DNA from: Schmidtea polychroa
Taxonomy: Eukaryota
Reading direction: 5' to 3'
DNA length: 64,000 nucleotides
NCBI GenBank assembly: GCA_044892525.1
Contig: CM097887.1
Coordinates: 1,302,001 to 1,366,000, forward strand
Shown here: piece after piece, positions 26,223-42,100 of the stretch
Layout of the letters: each line of letters starts with the position of its first letter
Numbering within the stretch: the first letter of the stretch is position 1
Position numbers and translations under genes: made by a program
The notes under the pieces: generated by a model
Database searches by the model: none
What the model was told of the DNA's origin: nothing
What the model saw: only the letters and a program-made list of their open reading frames with translations

Positions 26223-28132
26223 TGTTGGGCTAGAACCGAGAATTGAGAGTTTGTTTTAATAGATCGAAAATACATAACATAAAAACCACACCAAGTTGAA
26301 TTAACATCTATATACCAAATATATACACCAAATAATGCAAAGTAAAGTACACAACAGTGACAACACACGAAGAACAAATAAAACATGTATAATAAAATCA
26401 AGAAACACAAGAAGTTGCAATCTCCAACACAGTTAAGAGAAATATCGCATTCGAAAAATCTACAAAATAAAATAATAATAAATAAAATAATCGGTAATAA
26501 ATTAATTAATAATATGAAAATGTTCTAAATAAATAAATTTAAAATCGAAACTAAAATATCCAGTAAACTGATAAAATAATAAAAATTAAAGTAGAATTAG
26601 TTGAAATTATGTAAATTCAGGGCCGTAACTAAAATAAAATAAAATAATTAATTAAAATAAAATTAGCTAAAATTATTTAAATTATAAAATATGCAAAATT
26701 AAATTGTTGAAATTAATAAAAATTAAATTAATTAATTAATTAAATCAATTAAATAAAAAATAAATAATTATAAACACTCATACATGCATGCAAAAGTAAT
26801 TCAAATTTTACTCCATTCTGATTGGATCTAGTGGCAGAGAATGCATGGATGCACAGTTAAAATCAGTATACTGATTTCAAATTCAGTTGAACAACTTGTT
26901 TTCCGACAGTGACCAATTCATTTATTTTTGACATTTAAGAAAACTTGCGATCAGCTCCTTCAGTTTTCAGTCTATGCCATCGCGGTAAGTTTGAATCGGA
27001 TTTGGTAATTTTATGTAATGTTATGATTTAATAAAATTTTATAATCAATTTAGTTTTAGTTAATTTTTATTGTTGTCTTGTTTTGTTTTGTTCTTTTTAA
27101 CATTTATTTCTAAGTTGATTTTTACTGAACAATTTTATGTGCTGCGGGATTTTAGAGGGTTCCCGGTGGTTAGATGCCTCGTACATTTATCCTGGTGAGG
27201 TCCTCGAGAGTCTTAAGCACCAGTCGGTTGGATCTGCTCGGAGACCTCCCGACGGGTTCGTCGCTGATATTTTTATGAATTTTATTTGAGTTAGGAGCTG
27301 GGATAAAGTAAATAAAATCGTTTGTTAGTGGAAAGGGTTTAGTCTTGGTTAATATTATGAAATTTATGAGTTTTTATGATACCAAAAAGGCCAGGATTAG
27401 AAATATAGGCAGATTCCTGCTCAAATTTTTGGAAGGATTGGTTGAATATTCGCAGGTATTGCATAGAATAATAGAATAATATTTATTTAACCGGGAAATA
27501 AGAGCGGATCCCTGCGTAAAATTTTAGAAAATAACAATAGGAAATATCCGTAATTGAGGACCACAAATAATCTAACAACAGCATAGATAGTGAATAATGA
27601 CGTAAGACATTCTATTGGCAGTCTAGAACCCGAAAATGAAAATATCATGAGGAGTTGTTTTGATGAAAGAGCTCACCTGCTCATGGTATTTCAGCCATTG
27701 TGTAAGCCTCGCAGAAGAACGTGTTCGTTGGAAAGCGAGACGAGATGGTGCTTGTTGGGAAAAGGTCGAAGTATGATTGATGGCATTTGACAGGTGACGA
27801 CAGACGAAGTTCTCGGAGAATATACTGTAAAATATATAATATATATAGACTGAGCTTTTTTCATGCGTTGCTTAAGAATCTAAATAATGTTAAATATACC
27901 TTTCCCTGTTAGCTAAGCAGTTTGCAAGGAGTGGACAAATATAAAAAAGACCAGAAATTGAAAGTCAGCCTCCTATGGGCTGTATTTGGACTTGTAACCT
28001 GACTACCATCCATTTTATACAGGACCAACGTAGTAAAACAATGAGTATCAGGAGGTTCCGGTGACTAAAACAATTTTCTTTGTGTTAGGAACAATGAACT
28101 GGAATATTTTTACATCGAGCTGCCACCCAACA
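26223..28132 (+). mobile_element. Solo-LTR-like dispersed repeat, copy B
   Basis: Starts TGTTGGGCTAGAACC and is homologous to 46575-48337 over about 1.5 kb. The candidate end CCCAACA at 28132 is uncertain because no TSD is seen. Confidence 0.7.
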
Positions 28133-28875
28133 ATTAGGTAATCATAGAAGACTTGTTGATAAATCAGATAAATTAAACATTGAAGAAAACATTCATACAC
28201 TAATTAAACACTTGCTGGAATGACGTCCTATGTGACTCAACTTATATCTGTATTAAATGTCGATATTAAGTGCATAACATATCATATAATCTTTGATATC
28301 GAAGGTCAAAATTAACTATTTAAGGCCACGCATGTTTATTTCATTTTTAGTTTCTCTTATTATTCATTAATGGTGACAAATTAAAAATTTCTTCACAAAT
28401 TCTTGAACTATTTTATTTTTTCAATAACTCTTTCACGAATTAATTTATTCATAGTTTATTATGCTTGATATACTTATCAATATAATACATTATGCGTAAA
28501 AATATTATCTCGAAAAATATGTTGGATGTTTCAATACACGACAAAAAAATATTTTTGAATTAATATCATTTTTACATCTCCTAATTATTAAAATGAACTT
28601 TATTGAATTAAGTTTATTTCAATTTGTTTAATTATTTCAATAAGCATATATATGTAAATAATATCTATTTATATTAGCTAGAAGCCATTTTGAATTTATG
28701 GATGTTGCTGTATAATTGGTGTACATATTTCTGCTTTATTATATACAGGTAAACTAAATAAATAAACTTTAATTTAATTAAAATTTTACAAAAATTTTTA
28801 TAAATGAGATATTGTTTTTTAATCTATAAACTTAACAGAATTTATAATACTTTTTTTGAATTTAAATTTTTAGAA

Positions 28876-31800
28876 ATGACTCAGCCATTAGAAGAAAATA
28901 GATTATATTCATCTTGGAGTAGAACACCTGGTAAACCAAGCAGCTCATCTAATTTTAGTACCAAAATTTCTAACATATCATCTTCTACAGATAGCGGTGT
29001 AGGACGAACTCCTAATTGGAACTCTGAATCAGATAAATTTGTTTTGTATGATTCTAATCTTTGGTCAAATAGTAATGCTTTATCATCTGATATTGATAAT
29101 CCCAAAAAACCTTTGTGGGAAGATAACACAAATAAAATAGGCAACAATTTTACTTTTGGTTTTTCATCACAATGGCCAACTAATAACGAAACAGTTCCTT
29201 GGGGATTATCTAGAAATAATTCATCAGATTTCATTGTGAATAATGATTCATCAAGTAAACTGGATAATTGTTGGAATAATTCTCAGTCCAGCGACTTATC
29301 GAATGATAGATTTAGCACTCGAAGTATTTCAATTTGGGCAGCTAATCAAGCTGCATCATCAAGTAATTCCATTTCAACCTCTGCAAATATCATAGATAAT
29401 AATCCTATTCTAAATGGTCAATTTCAAATTGTCGACCCGATAAATAAATCATCTTCCAAATTTATCAGTAAAAGTATTCAATTACAATCTGAATCATCGG
29501 ATATTAAATCCGAATTTCCTCTATTCAGTGCTTTCAATAGTTCAGCTGTTAATGATATTGGTTCTTTAGATGATAGTGACTTAAATAATCCAGACTCGAG
29601 AGGAAGTAATGAGAAAAACAGCGAACATCAAACTTGGGCTCAAGCTGCTGGAAAAGGCCTTCAAACATCTGTAAAAAATGACGATGGTGTTAAACAGGAA
29701 GTAGATGAGCAATTTCTGAACCTTATTAATCGAATTGATGGCTGGGGTAGTCACACAGTTGACCAGAGTACTCCGTGGGTGATTGACAGTGAGATTGGGG
29801 CAGACTGCAGTGAAAAATTAGGAAATCCATCATCGGGTAGTCAACGAAACAGATCAACTGTCGAATCTAATGTATGGACGAATGAACCTCCCAATGGTGT
29901 CGGAGTCTGGGAAAGCCATTATGAGAATATCGGGGAACGCACGTCAAGATGGGGAGCAACACCAGCAATTTCTACATCGAAATCAAAGGTATCGAACAGT
30001 TGGGAACTCTCTGACAATGCAATCAACAGTCAATGGACAGATCGTGACGACAACTCGGTATGGAGCACAGCGACAAATTCCGCTACTGTCACTGGCGCAT
30101 CTTCGACACAGAAACAGCAGTCTTGGGGAATGCTTGGACCCATCAGCAAACCGGACCAAGCCGCCACAACACCAATTGGGTCAGGAACTAACCGGAACAG
30201 CACAAACGCAAGCATGGTTGCCTCGCAACGCAACACGAATGCTCCAGCTGCTACAATAACCGGGCCGCCGGTAGTTGACATGAGCGATCAAGTCAACAGG
30301 CATTCGTTCTATCACAATCAGGTGAGCTGGTGTTTTGTTGTTATTTCAGTGACGAATTGCCGCATTTAAGGGTTATATCGATTGATGTAAGGCGATTTAT
30401 TGTTGTTGTGTCATTTTGAGTGTTTGTTATCGATGCGGGGGACTTTTGAGGGTTTATTATTTATCCGGGGGACTTTTGAGGTTTATTATTATCGATCCGG
30501 GGGACTTTTGAGGGTTTATTATTGATCCGGGGGACTTTTGAGGGTTTATTATTGATCCGGGGGACTTTTGAGGGTTTATTATTGATCCGGGGGACTTTTG
30601 AGGGTTTATTATTGATCCGGGGGACTTTTGAGGATTTGTTATCGGCCCGCGGTGAGTTTTGAGGGTTTCCCTCTGAATTTGGGTACCATAGGATACACCA
30701 GATGAGCTGCAGAACATTTATTCACATTCATTGTCACTATAATGCATTTATATCGACTAAATAATTTATATTTTTATCTGCATTTCAATTGGTTGTCGTC
30801 AGCTGATTAATGATTTCATTTCTTGCCTGCTGCTGTCAATGTGGCAAGTTATGCGCGTGTGTGTATTGTTATCTGTTTGTGTGTGTGTGTGTGCGCTTGT
30901 GTCCGTGGCTGCCTGGCTACTGTCGCTGTCGTGTCTGTGTGCGCTACTGATCTCTTTGTTGGGTTTCATGCAATTCGGTTAATGCAATTTTTGTTTCTCT
31001 ATCAATATTATCGATCGATCCATTATAACGGGCCCATAGGCGAGACCGCAATATATCGATTGATTTGTCAATGTAGGGCAGGGGGTGGAGGGGCAGGGAC
31101 AGGAGAAGGGTTCCATTTTGTTATGCTAGCTGCTGGCAATTGATGTGAGAGTCACAATGGGAAATTTGCACCGATATCGATTGAACCCATTGTGATATTG
31201 ATCATATTCAGCCGTATTATTGATTGCTTGTGATCCAAATTACATTTGCCAGGAGCCGCTAGTCCCCCTGCTAACTGGCATATCCAGTGAATCGCAACGA
31301 TGCCACTGACAGATAGGAATTATACAGATTCAATCAATGGCACAGGAGGAGGGGGGAAATGTATTATATTTCATAAACCCTGCTGAACGCGCATTTTTAT
31401 CTCTTACGCTGCAAATTTGTTCTTTCAAATGAACTTTTGATTGCTATTGACCTTCATGTGTACTTTGTAGCTGATTGCCTGCTGAATTATTGGTCCTGAT
31501 TCTGATTGGCTGTACAATTTATCTATGCCGCGTTTGATTGGACATTCGCATCATCCATTCGTTGATATTTATCGATTTGTTTCGTGATTGGAGGCTTGTG
31601 AATTCATTTATATATTCTGTTGTAGAATATCAATATGATGTCCAACAGCAATCGGATGGGCCCAAACACAAAATCAAAGATGATGAATGTTGGGTTCCGC
31701 AAGGAGGAATCCCAGAACTCCATGTTCAATAATTCCATGGACATGAACCGCTCATTTATGGATATGAAGAACAACTCGTCTCAAATGGGTCATTCAAATA

Positions 31801-34800
31801 TGATGAATTCTCGGGGCGATTGGAACATATCTCATGATAATTACCGCGTGAATAGTGCAGTTCCCGATGGTGACAATGGTGGGTTGATGCTGGGACCGGG
31901 TTACCTGCAGCAACAGCAGCAGCAGCAGCCATTGCCACAAATGCAGCAGCAACAACAGCAGCAACAGCAGCAGCCCCAATCAATGATGCCCACCAATAGC
32001 GGCCAATCAATGCACAAATCTCACATGATCCATATGCAGCAAATGTCCATGGCCAACCGGTTGCCGCCTCCCTCAGATAACAATCACATCCTGCTGGAGA
32101 AGCAAATCATTGCTGAGATCAACCAGCTGCAAACGAAACAGCAGGACCTTGTACAGCGCATTCATGGCCTGCGCTCAATCGCCGGATCTCAAGCCTTTAT
32201 TCAGGAGATGACTCGCACCCTCAGTGAGGTGCGGCAGCAATTGAATACCCAGCAAACCACTCTCAAAGTTATCCGATCTCAGAATTCCTTGGTGAATAAT
32301 AGCCAGATGCCAAACGGGATGATGAATAGCAACTCAAATAACGCCATTCTCTCCATGGTGACACGCACCAACCAGCCTTGTGCATCGGCTGGCCAATCAC
32401 AGGCTCAGTCGGGCCTCGTTTCAGATCTTTCAGTTCAAATGAACGAATTAAAGCTCCAAAGTAATTTTTTTCTATTCATTTATTACCAATATTGATATAA
32501 TCGATATCCTAATGTCCCGCGTGTTCCTGCAGCGGATCACAATAACTACGATCAATAGGGCTGCTTTTATTGGCCGCTACGTCTAATATTAACCAATCGC
32601 TATCGATTGATATTGTGACATTCGAGCACATCCAGACAGCCTTTATGATTCATTTATCGATTATCTATTGCTTTACGGTTCACTGTTCTTTCATTCGATG
32701 TTACACGCGTTCCTATGGATTCATATTGCAGCGCTATCATCCTTTTCCCCTCGTGACTGCTTTCAATTGTAATTTCTAATAGCTGTTAGTGTGGCATTGT
32801 GTTCACCGGTTCCCTTCAATGTGCTTATTGGCCAATTGAATGCATTGTATCATGATTATATCATAATAACTGACTTCTTCATTCTTGCTGCCGATGTGTT
32901 GATTGAGCCACTGTAGCGCAACCAATAACAGGGGTGACACGGGTAACGGGCCATTAGGAGGCATTTAATAACGAATTGCAAATAAGGAATGATTTGATTG
33001 GATAAATTTAGAAAGTCGTATGGAGCTCTGGTCTCAAGGAAATTTGCCTTCACCCAGCACCATATCACCTTACATGGGAACCGTTGATAAGCCGCCCTCT
33101 GGGTTCTACAATCCAAGCATTCCTAATGGGGGCCCGATGCCCCCTCAGCCGCAATTCAGCAATTACAGCCGCAATTCTCAATTCAATTGTGTGGCCGTGC
33201 CGAATCGGGCGCCCAATCAGATCTGGCAGTCGCGGATGATGCCGACCAATCCCAATTCCGCCGCCACGTCCGCCAGTACAAATGTGGCAGCATTCAATGC
33301 GGGTAGCACTGATTCCCATTCGATATTGAACGGGCCAATCATGGGAGGGGGAATCAATGACGACATGGAGCCCTCCAACAATATCATCCTATCTGGCGGC
33401 GGTGGCGGTTGCGGGGGCAACAATTCCAATCAGAAAATGCAAATCATCACATCAAACTGTGCTAGTGATGTGCAGCTACCGCAGGCACCGCAACAGCAAC
33501 AGCAACAATTGCCATCTGGCAATCACAATGGCAACAATTCATCGACTGCTAATAGCGCAATTACTACTGCTCTTTCATTGTCTCAAACGCTGCCTTCCTC
33601 AATCGGTGGCAGAGTCTCTTCAGCATTTAGTTCTTCTCGTGGTATTTGTTTCTATTCATTGATCGATTGTTGTTAATATTGACCGATGGCCCCCGTTCAG
33701 ATATCTCTCATATATCGGCCAATATATCTGAATTTGTTCCCGGCCAGCCTTGGCCTGGTATCAGCTACTCACAACGCGACGATCCCAATGTCACCCTTGG
33801 AGCTGGCCCGAGGAGTTTATTATCAATCACAAATGATCACTTGGAGAAGCTGGCCAACTCCAGTGTCAATTCGATCAGCGGTCCAAATGATGGTTTATTT
33901 ACTTTCTATTATTGATTTATTTTCCATTTGTGTATTTTGTCCTCTGTCACATGCTTGATACCTGTTTATGCCCGTCACCTTGGGAGCGCGTGCTATGATG
34001 TGTCGGGCGGGGGGAGAGGAGGGCAGGGGAATCCTTGGCCATGTCACTCAGTACATGCGCATCACCATGCAGTCAGTCAGATAGACATGCCGTGATGCTG
34101 TGAGATAATAAACCGTAACCATAGCAATAGCGATATAGAGATGATCCCACTGCCCAATTGACAAATGCAAATCAGTATACAATTAGTCGCGGTGATTGTA
34201 ATTGTCCCATGTTGACATTTGTGTTGCCAGTTTGTTCTCATTTCTACTTTCTCGCATGCAATTGCATCAGCGGGTTGGCCGGTTGAGATGGTGACGGTGA
34301 TGGTAAGGAAGGCGGCGGGTAGGTAGGCAATGCAATCTCCTCTTGCAATTAGCAATGATTGATAAGCTCCGTGTGAGTATTGCATCTGTTACTATGCCAA
34401 CAGGCAAATATATAGACATACACACACATGCACATGCATGCAGAGAGATAATTTGCCCGTGGTTACGATCAATATCTGTGCAACAGAGGTTGAATTGTGC
34501 CAATAATTACTCATATATATATATATATATATATATAATCTGGCGAAATTAATTATGAATCTAATTTGCAGTCGGTATCAGCAACAGTTGCAGTGGTAAC
34601 GGTGCAGGCGGCTGCGGTCCAAATAACTCATCGCGCCTGCAGATGCAGTCAGCCAATAGCAACAGCAGCAGCAACATGAATGGGATGCGTAATTCTGCTG
34701 CCGCAGCCACCGCTACAATGATGACATACGTATTGATCCGTGATCTACCTAGCCATATCAATGTAGAAATGTTAAAGCATGTCCTGAATCCGAACAGCTT

Positions 34801-35002
34801 CCCTGGCCTCGTCCATATGCATCCGAATCTTGCATCTCGGTGGGTTCTGTTGCATTTCACCTCGAACGAGGAAGCATTGAAAGCATATAAAAATCTCTAC
34901 AACAAAGTCGGCGTTGTGGAACTGTTGGCAGATCAGGAAGTTAACCAGGTAATTCGTGGCCACCGAAACAATGGGGTAATTGATCATCACCCAATGTTTT
35001 AG
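28876..35002 (+). CDS. TNRC6: GW182/TNRC6 miRNA effector, 5 coding exons, ~1177 aa
   Basis: Exons 28876-30321, 31626-32460, 33012-33641, 33701-33892 and 34572-35002 join in frame. Features: Trp/Ser/Asn-rich N-terminus (DGWGSHTVDQSTPW, NGVGVWESHYEN), Q-rich middle, PAM2-like EFVPGQPWPG..DDPNVTLG, and a C-terminal RRM (VLIRDLPSHINVEML...FTSNEEALKAY). Confidence 0.88.
30437..30635. repeat. 30-bp intronic minisatellite (GGGGGACTTTTGAGGGTTTATTATTGATCC) x ~7
   Basis: Directly visible, inside GW182 intron 1. Confidence 0.95.
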
Positions 35003-38000
35003 CGCCACCAGTGTAACAATGCTGTAACTGTGCCGCTAGTCCTGTGATCCTTGTTGTTATGGAGTGGTGGTGATGATGATCGTGATCGTGATCATGATCA
35101 ATCGACTCTCATCAATCACAGCAACAATCTCATTACTAATTACACTAGAGCCATATTTATATATAAAGATATTGTAAAAATGACTTTGATTTTTGTTTAT
35201 TATTATTGCTACGAATATAATTATCAGCATCATCATCATTGAGCGGGTCTGTGGAGTGTTCCATCTTTGTTGCAGTGTTTATTATTATCATTGTCTGTGT
35301 GATTGCTGCTCTCGTCTTATTTATTATTAATATTATTATTATCTATTATCATTATTTATATTATTATCATCATCATCACTATACGGGTGACACGTGAAAT
35401 GTTCCGTTTATATTGTATAGGAATGCTCGATGAGTTTATTATTTTGTGTTTGTTTGATGCTCTCATTATTTTTATTATCATTACTATTATTATTATTCTG
35501 TGTTATCCGAGAGCTTTATATATTAATATTTCTCCCTTATTCTCTATCTAAAATAAGCCAATCAATTTATTGTTTGTTGTATACACACACACACAAAACA
35601 CATTCCTCCAGTGACGAGTTTGATTAGTCGGTTTTGATTTCGGTGGTGTTTCATATCGATGAGAATAATTGATTGGGTTTTGTTGGGCAGTGCGCGATAA
35701 CACATTGCGATGGACATTTATACATGTATATTTATACATAATTTATTAAATTCTTGTGGTTATATGCGCTTGCTATTCGATGACATTTATAGTAACATGT
35801 TACCGTGAACCTTCTATCGCGTGACCTTTGTAACCAAATATATATATATATACAAATTAATAAAAGCTAATAAATTTGAATGACAATGGATTTATTTTAT
35901 GAATGTCCCATATTTTTCTATTTTTGTGATTTATTTGTATTTTTGAATCCATTCTCCCGGATGTAGGCCAATTATTATTTAGCTATAAATATTGTTTGTA
36001 ACGGCTCTGTGTGAATTGGCTATGTTTTGTCGGACGGATTATTAATTCTAATACTAATAATAATAAATGATATTACCGATGTTAATTAGGATCATTTTGT
36101 GATTGTTTTTGCATAACTATTATTTTATTATTATTATTATAATTATTGATTTCACCAGAATTATTTTATCTAATTCGTTCTTTTCGTATAAATCGAGTAC
36201 AATTTTTGATTATTTTTATTGTTTTTGTGTAAATTTCGATTCATGTTAAAAAATTTGTTTGATAAAATAGACTGATAAAGAATATTTTCATTCGGAATTG
36301 GCAATATTTGGGAAACATTTAGGAATATTTCACCATTAATGTGATGGAAACTCTTGCATCACTAACTGGTTATGTTACTTAATCATTTTGTTAATTATAA
36401 TCCACATTTAATAATTCATTCGTTAGGAACAATTAAAAATTGACCTTAAAGTTCATAACGCATAATGCATTGCTATAAGTAAGAAAATACAATATTTATT
36501 TAGTTGTTACACTTTGGAGTCATTTGGTATTCATTTTCATCAATACAAGATTTACAAAAAGCTTCATAAATGAAGACCTAGTTAAATGAGTGTTTTATGT
36601 CCATTGTTGATTTAGTGTTATTAGCTACTGATAGTATGCTCTCCATTGACAATGTTACATAATTGTAAATGCTAGGTATTTTACATTGCACTAAACATCC
36701 TAAACTGAGTAAATTTATTCAATTAACAATACAACTTTGTTGCATGCCGTACAGATCAGCAATTCTTTCCAACTTTAATATTTACATTCATTAAAATGAG
36801 TTTCTCTTAATCATTAAGTATCCTTATCGAGGGTTGCCCCGATCCTTTAAACCTGTGTATTTATCACGAATTTTTAAGTAAAAATAAATGAAGCATAAGA
36901 TTAAAGTATAGCAAAAGGATGTCACAAATACAATATTCAAGTCAGTATAGATGTAATTACATTGACTATTTAAGTATCGGATTACCTGTCTGTCAGTTTC
37001 CACATAAAGAACTACTATAGGAGACACATGATTATGCTCAGACTTTAAGTGCTAAAAAGTGATTGTAGATACGAAAAGTTATTTGGTAATTTCAAAAAAC
37101 TTGCCAAAGTGAATTATATTTTTAGCGACTTTGCCCACATGTAATCTGTAACTGCAGCGGGTAAAATTTAAAATGAAATTATCTACAATACATTTACATT
37201 ACAACAGAAAAATTATGTGTATATGATATAAATGTATTATAAAGGCATCATTTCTATGATTGATGCATTTTGCTTTAAGAGAAAAAGTCACTTCTGAAAA
37301 AACCAGTTATACATAACTGTAACAATGACACTTTTTAAATACACAATTTTCCAATACACTTGTAAGTTCTCAATTAGTCTCGCCAGGTTTATAATTTATA
37401 TCATATTCCAAATGTCAAGAAAGGCAAAAGGTTCGAGATTTCCCTGTCTATCAAGGATTCATTATTGCAATGAAGACCATGTCAGCAGGACCTTGTACTA
37501 GCCAGTTCTCAAACTGCCAAATATGTGTGACCTTTGCACGTATTGTACGTGTGCCTTTTAAATCTTTCATGTTTATGTAGTATATGTTTGGCCATGACAT
37601 CCACACCACATGTACAATAACTGACTTGTGTTACATTAATGCACTAGATAACCTACGTTATAACATTCACAAACGGTGCGACGATTGAATCTCATTCACC
37701 ACTTAAGCATTATACTTTTAAATCGGTAAGCTAAGAAGCTTGAATCTGAAAAACCCCAAACAATAAAGTTCAATATCGAAGTTGCTTGTGATTCTTTTAG
37801 GAAGCACATGACTTCAAAGTACATTTATTTTAATTGCTTGCACGTCAGTTTGTATAATCACCAAGCGAGAACGATCATGTTACAGAATATATACTTTGGA
37901 AAACTGACGAAACAACCTAACCTGGAGAAAGTAAATTATATTAATAAAACTCCAATTTCAACATGAACCCATCATCTTTATTGCCGAAGAATATTGGAAT

Positions 38001-39177
38001 ATTTGTAACATTCACTTCTAACAACAATTCAAATAGAATGGTAAATATAGCAATGTTTTCATTCTTCAGAATTACTATTTCAACGTTTCCTTAATCTTCT
38101 ATCTGGCATTTCTTTCACGGCATTTTGAGGAGGCATTTCATATCACATTCCATCATACTGAAAACAGAACCAATGACCAATAATGATTTATATCGAAACA
38201 TTCATTTATGGAATTTATAACTTTTGATCCTGAAACTTACCTGAAATTTGAACATTAAATAATTAAATAAGTCAACCCATTTTATTATGTGAAATGGTTT
38301 TGCTTTTATATCAAACTTTATCACTCTCAATAGATAATTAAAAACGTTAAAAGGTAACATCAGATATTTTAACCCTATGATCAATGACTGTGCAATCATT
38401 TTTAATAATTCAATGGACAAACACAGTCGAAGGTCTCAGGGAGATTATAACTGATCAATGAATGAGTAGAATAATAGACTTACTATTGTAGATTTTGAAC
38501 AATTAAGACTAAATTGAGATTTGTATGACGTTTAAGAAACAAAGCTCCAACATTTGTCCTTAATTTAAGACAATCGTAGCTAGAATAATAACCAATCTTA
38601 ACAGAGATGTGGAATGCGCGTATGTTGTGCACACGTAAACCATACATGTTTATTGGATTGCATTCAATGTTGATTCAATGTAGAATCAGACAGACAGAGA
38701 ATGTCTGATCATCCTCATTGGTTGGTTCTTCATACAAATGAGCTTGTGTGTAGTATGTTGTGTGTCAAATATTTGACCTGATAAGGTGAATAATCGATTG
38801 TCTGAAATATTTCACAATTCTATTTATATGATAAATACAAGATTTTATCGGCAATTTATTAATTTTTTTATCGATAAAAATTAAAAATAAATTTAACCAA
38901 TTTAAATTTCAACAACTTCATAAAAAATGTCAAGAAATATTTCTTTTCAAAGAGTTTAAAAAAAAACAATTTACTTTGTTTTATTGTATCAATGTTGATG
39001 TTTAATGACCACGACCTACTTTTAGCCAATCATATTAATTTTAGGCAAATATAATACTCCTTACAAAGTTTGATAATTCAGTATAAATACATTTGAGTTC
39101 AAAATGGTGTGCTTAGATATAAATTTATTGATTAAACATTTTTTTATTAAAATTCTATATATTGATTTATTAAAAAT

Positions 39178-42100
39178 ATGGCAAGCAGGTTTGTTATATT
39201 GGAATATATACTTCAATAAAATTTTTGTTTTCTGATTGTTAAGACTTGATAAATTATTTGAATTACTGGAAAGTAATCATCAAAACATTCGAAATGCTGC
39301 TGCTATTCAAATTGGACAAATATCTGCCAACAACCAAGTCAACATTTCAGCATTATTAACTAAAGTATGTTTTGAAAATGAATATTTTAAATAAATTTCG
39401 ACAATGAATTTTATCTAGTTACTACCTTATGCGAAACACAAGATTTGGGTAGTGAGAATTGCAGCTTCTGATGCTGTTAGACATATAGGAAATAATGCAA
39501 AATTATGGACTCCAGAAACGTTTGATTCCAAAGTAAATAATGTTCCTAATTTAATAAATTTGGAAAATTTGAATTTACATGAAATTCTAAAAATTGGAAC
39601 TCGATTATATAGTAAAGACTTAAAAGATTTAGACGAAACTAATGCTAATCAGAATAGTAAATTCAAATTTGTTTAGCATCGATGTTTACAATATCTATAT
39701 AGTTAATGGCGATGAACTTGCTCGGCATTTAGGATTTTTGATTCCAGATGAATGTGAAATAAAGAATTTAATAACTAGCAAAGATTGTGAATTGATTGAA
39801 TCAAAATCGGAAAATAAAGTAACTGCAGAAATTTTATTATTTTTGAGAACTCGATTTAGATGAGTGTTGAGTTAGCTGTTGAGAAATCTATGGAAAATTC
39901 ACCTAAAAAATCTATTAAGAGGCCTCACGAAGAGTAGAAATATAATTCGAAATTGACAGGAATTTATTGAATTGAATTATTCAGAATCAAGGACGTCAAT
40001 GAGCCAGGGATAAAAGTGAAATGTGTTGAGAAATGTGAAAATGAAAGCGACGGTAAAGGTAAAGTAAATGCTGAATGGCCATGGGTGGATTTCTGTGAGG
40101 AATTGTTGAAGAGCTTATGGGATGCCAAATGGGAGATCCGGCATGGTGCAGCAACGTGCCTACGGGAATTGATCCGATCACAAGGCTCAATAATGGTGCC
40201 GAAAAACATCAATATTTTATCGACTGGCGAGGTAAAATTTGGGGTGAAATATTGTGACTATTAATATTGATGAATGGGAATTTAGTTTGTCGCTTGCCAT
40301 GAACGGTTTAAGGAGGAAATTGTCGTTCGGTTACTGTGCACGTTAACACTGGATCAGTTGTCAGATTTCGTGTCGGATGAGGTATTGTTGATAATGAATG
40401 ACGCGGATGGGGTTATCGATTGAATTGTCGCATTGTAGATGGTCGCACCGGTCAGGGAGAGCTGCGCACAAGCACTTGGTGTCATCAGTGTTCACTTGTC
40501 AAGGCCATTGGTCGAGATTTTGGCCAATCAGCTACTGAGTTTGCTGAACCACAACGAGTGGCGGGTGAATCATGGAGCATTACTGGGATTGAAGTATTTG
40601 CTAGCGGCCCGCATGGTGAGTTGTCATTGTTTTGTCGGTTACAGTCACATAATGACGCCTATCGATTGGTTTGTGTAGGACTTGGTGGGGATACTGCTGC
40701 CGATTATTTATGATCCGATCAGCAGGCATTTGAAGGGCAATTGTGATGATGATGTGCGATGCGCTGCAGTAACCGCGCTGATGCCTCTGTTTGGTGAGTG
40801 CTCTAGAGATGCGGTTGCTATTGGCAACGAAGAATTGGACACGCTCAGGACCGATTTATGGGATGTGCTGGCTGTGCGCATTGACTGTACGACATCAGGC
40901 GCCACATGCGCAGTGTTACAGCTGCTAGAAAGGCTCTATGAGAGATGTGATAGCATCAAACAATCAGCTGAGCGGGTGAAAACATTGAATGGCTACATCA
41001 ATCGGTTACACTGGTGCTATTACAATTACAGCGATCTCGTGAGACTGGCAGCCGTGCGCACCTGTCGAGCAGTGCTGCAATCGATGGGCGCAGAAATAGG
41101 AAACATTCTCGAGCATGCAACAATTCTGCAGGTTTTATCTCAATTGGTGCAGCGCGTGCTCATTGATGACAATCGGGAGGTTGCTGGAGAGGCTCATTCT
41201 GTGTGGAATCAATTCATTGATACGCTCCCATCGCAACTGCTTGCTCGTGTCTCGCTGGAGCGCCTGGAGATCTGGATGTGCTGTGCAATGCAGCCTGCAC
41301 GCCTCAGTTACACTGCTGGTTCTATTCTCATGCCCGATAATGCTACAGCAGGGGGGACACTGGGGCTCGGTCATGATCATGGCGATGGCGATGGCGATGG
41401 CGATGAGGAGGGCGGCGGCGGCAAGCACCAGATATCAACCGAGTTCTACATTGGCGGCAGGGAATCATTCATTGCCGAGGGATCATCAACTGCCAGGGAG
41501 GATCTGGTATTGAGGGCCCGATTGGCTGCCTGCCAACTCCTGGCCAGATTGTGCCAGAGGTTCCTGTTCCATGAAGCGTGCACGAGGAACATTCTCATAT
41601 CGATTATCGCCCAGACCCACCTCAAGGACCGATTGGCTATCCAGCGATTTATTGCAGCGATGATCCTCGCCTATTGGGATCCGGATCATTTGCAGGCCAT
41701 GCGGAACCTAGAATATTGCTCCCTTGAGCCTCTACAGTCCCAGTTATTCACTGCACTAGAGGAACCGATATATTACCAGGAAATATTATCTCAATTCAAA
41801 CAAATGCATAAAGCGTGTCGCGATCTCATGCTCATCTATATCGATAGGGGAGTTGCGCTGCCCCAATCGATTGTGAGCGCTGTTGGACCGGGTGCAACGC
41901 CAGTGTCAATCGCTCTCAACATTCCACAGTGCCAGTCACTCATAGCCAGCAACATGTGCTCGCTATGCCCACCCGATGCCATGACAACGCTCTCGTGTGC
42001 CACCGCGGCGGTGGACACGTGTGCCCAGCAGCATGCCAGTCTATGCAGATTGGTGGATATAGCAGTTGGTCGAGCGCTCTTGCAATGGGGCTGGCTGCCG

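Noticed and set aside
37430-37445. GGTTCGAG T-loop-like motif
   Set aside because: No acceptor stem, D-arm or A-box around it. No tRNA, rRNA or snRNA was recognised anywhere in the window.
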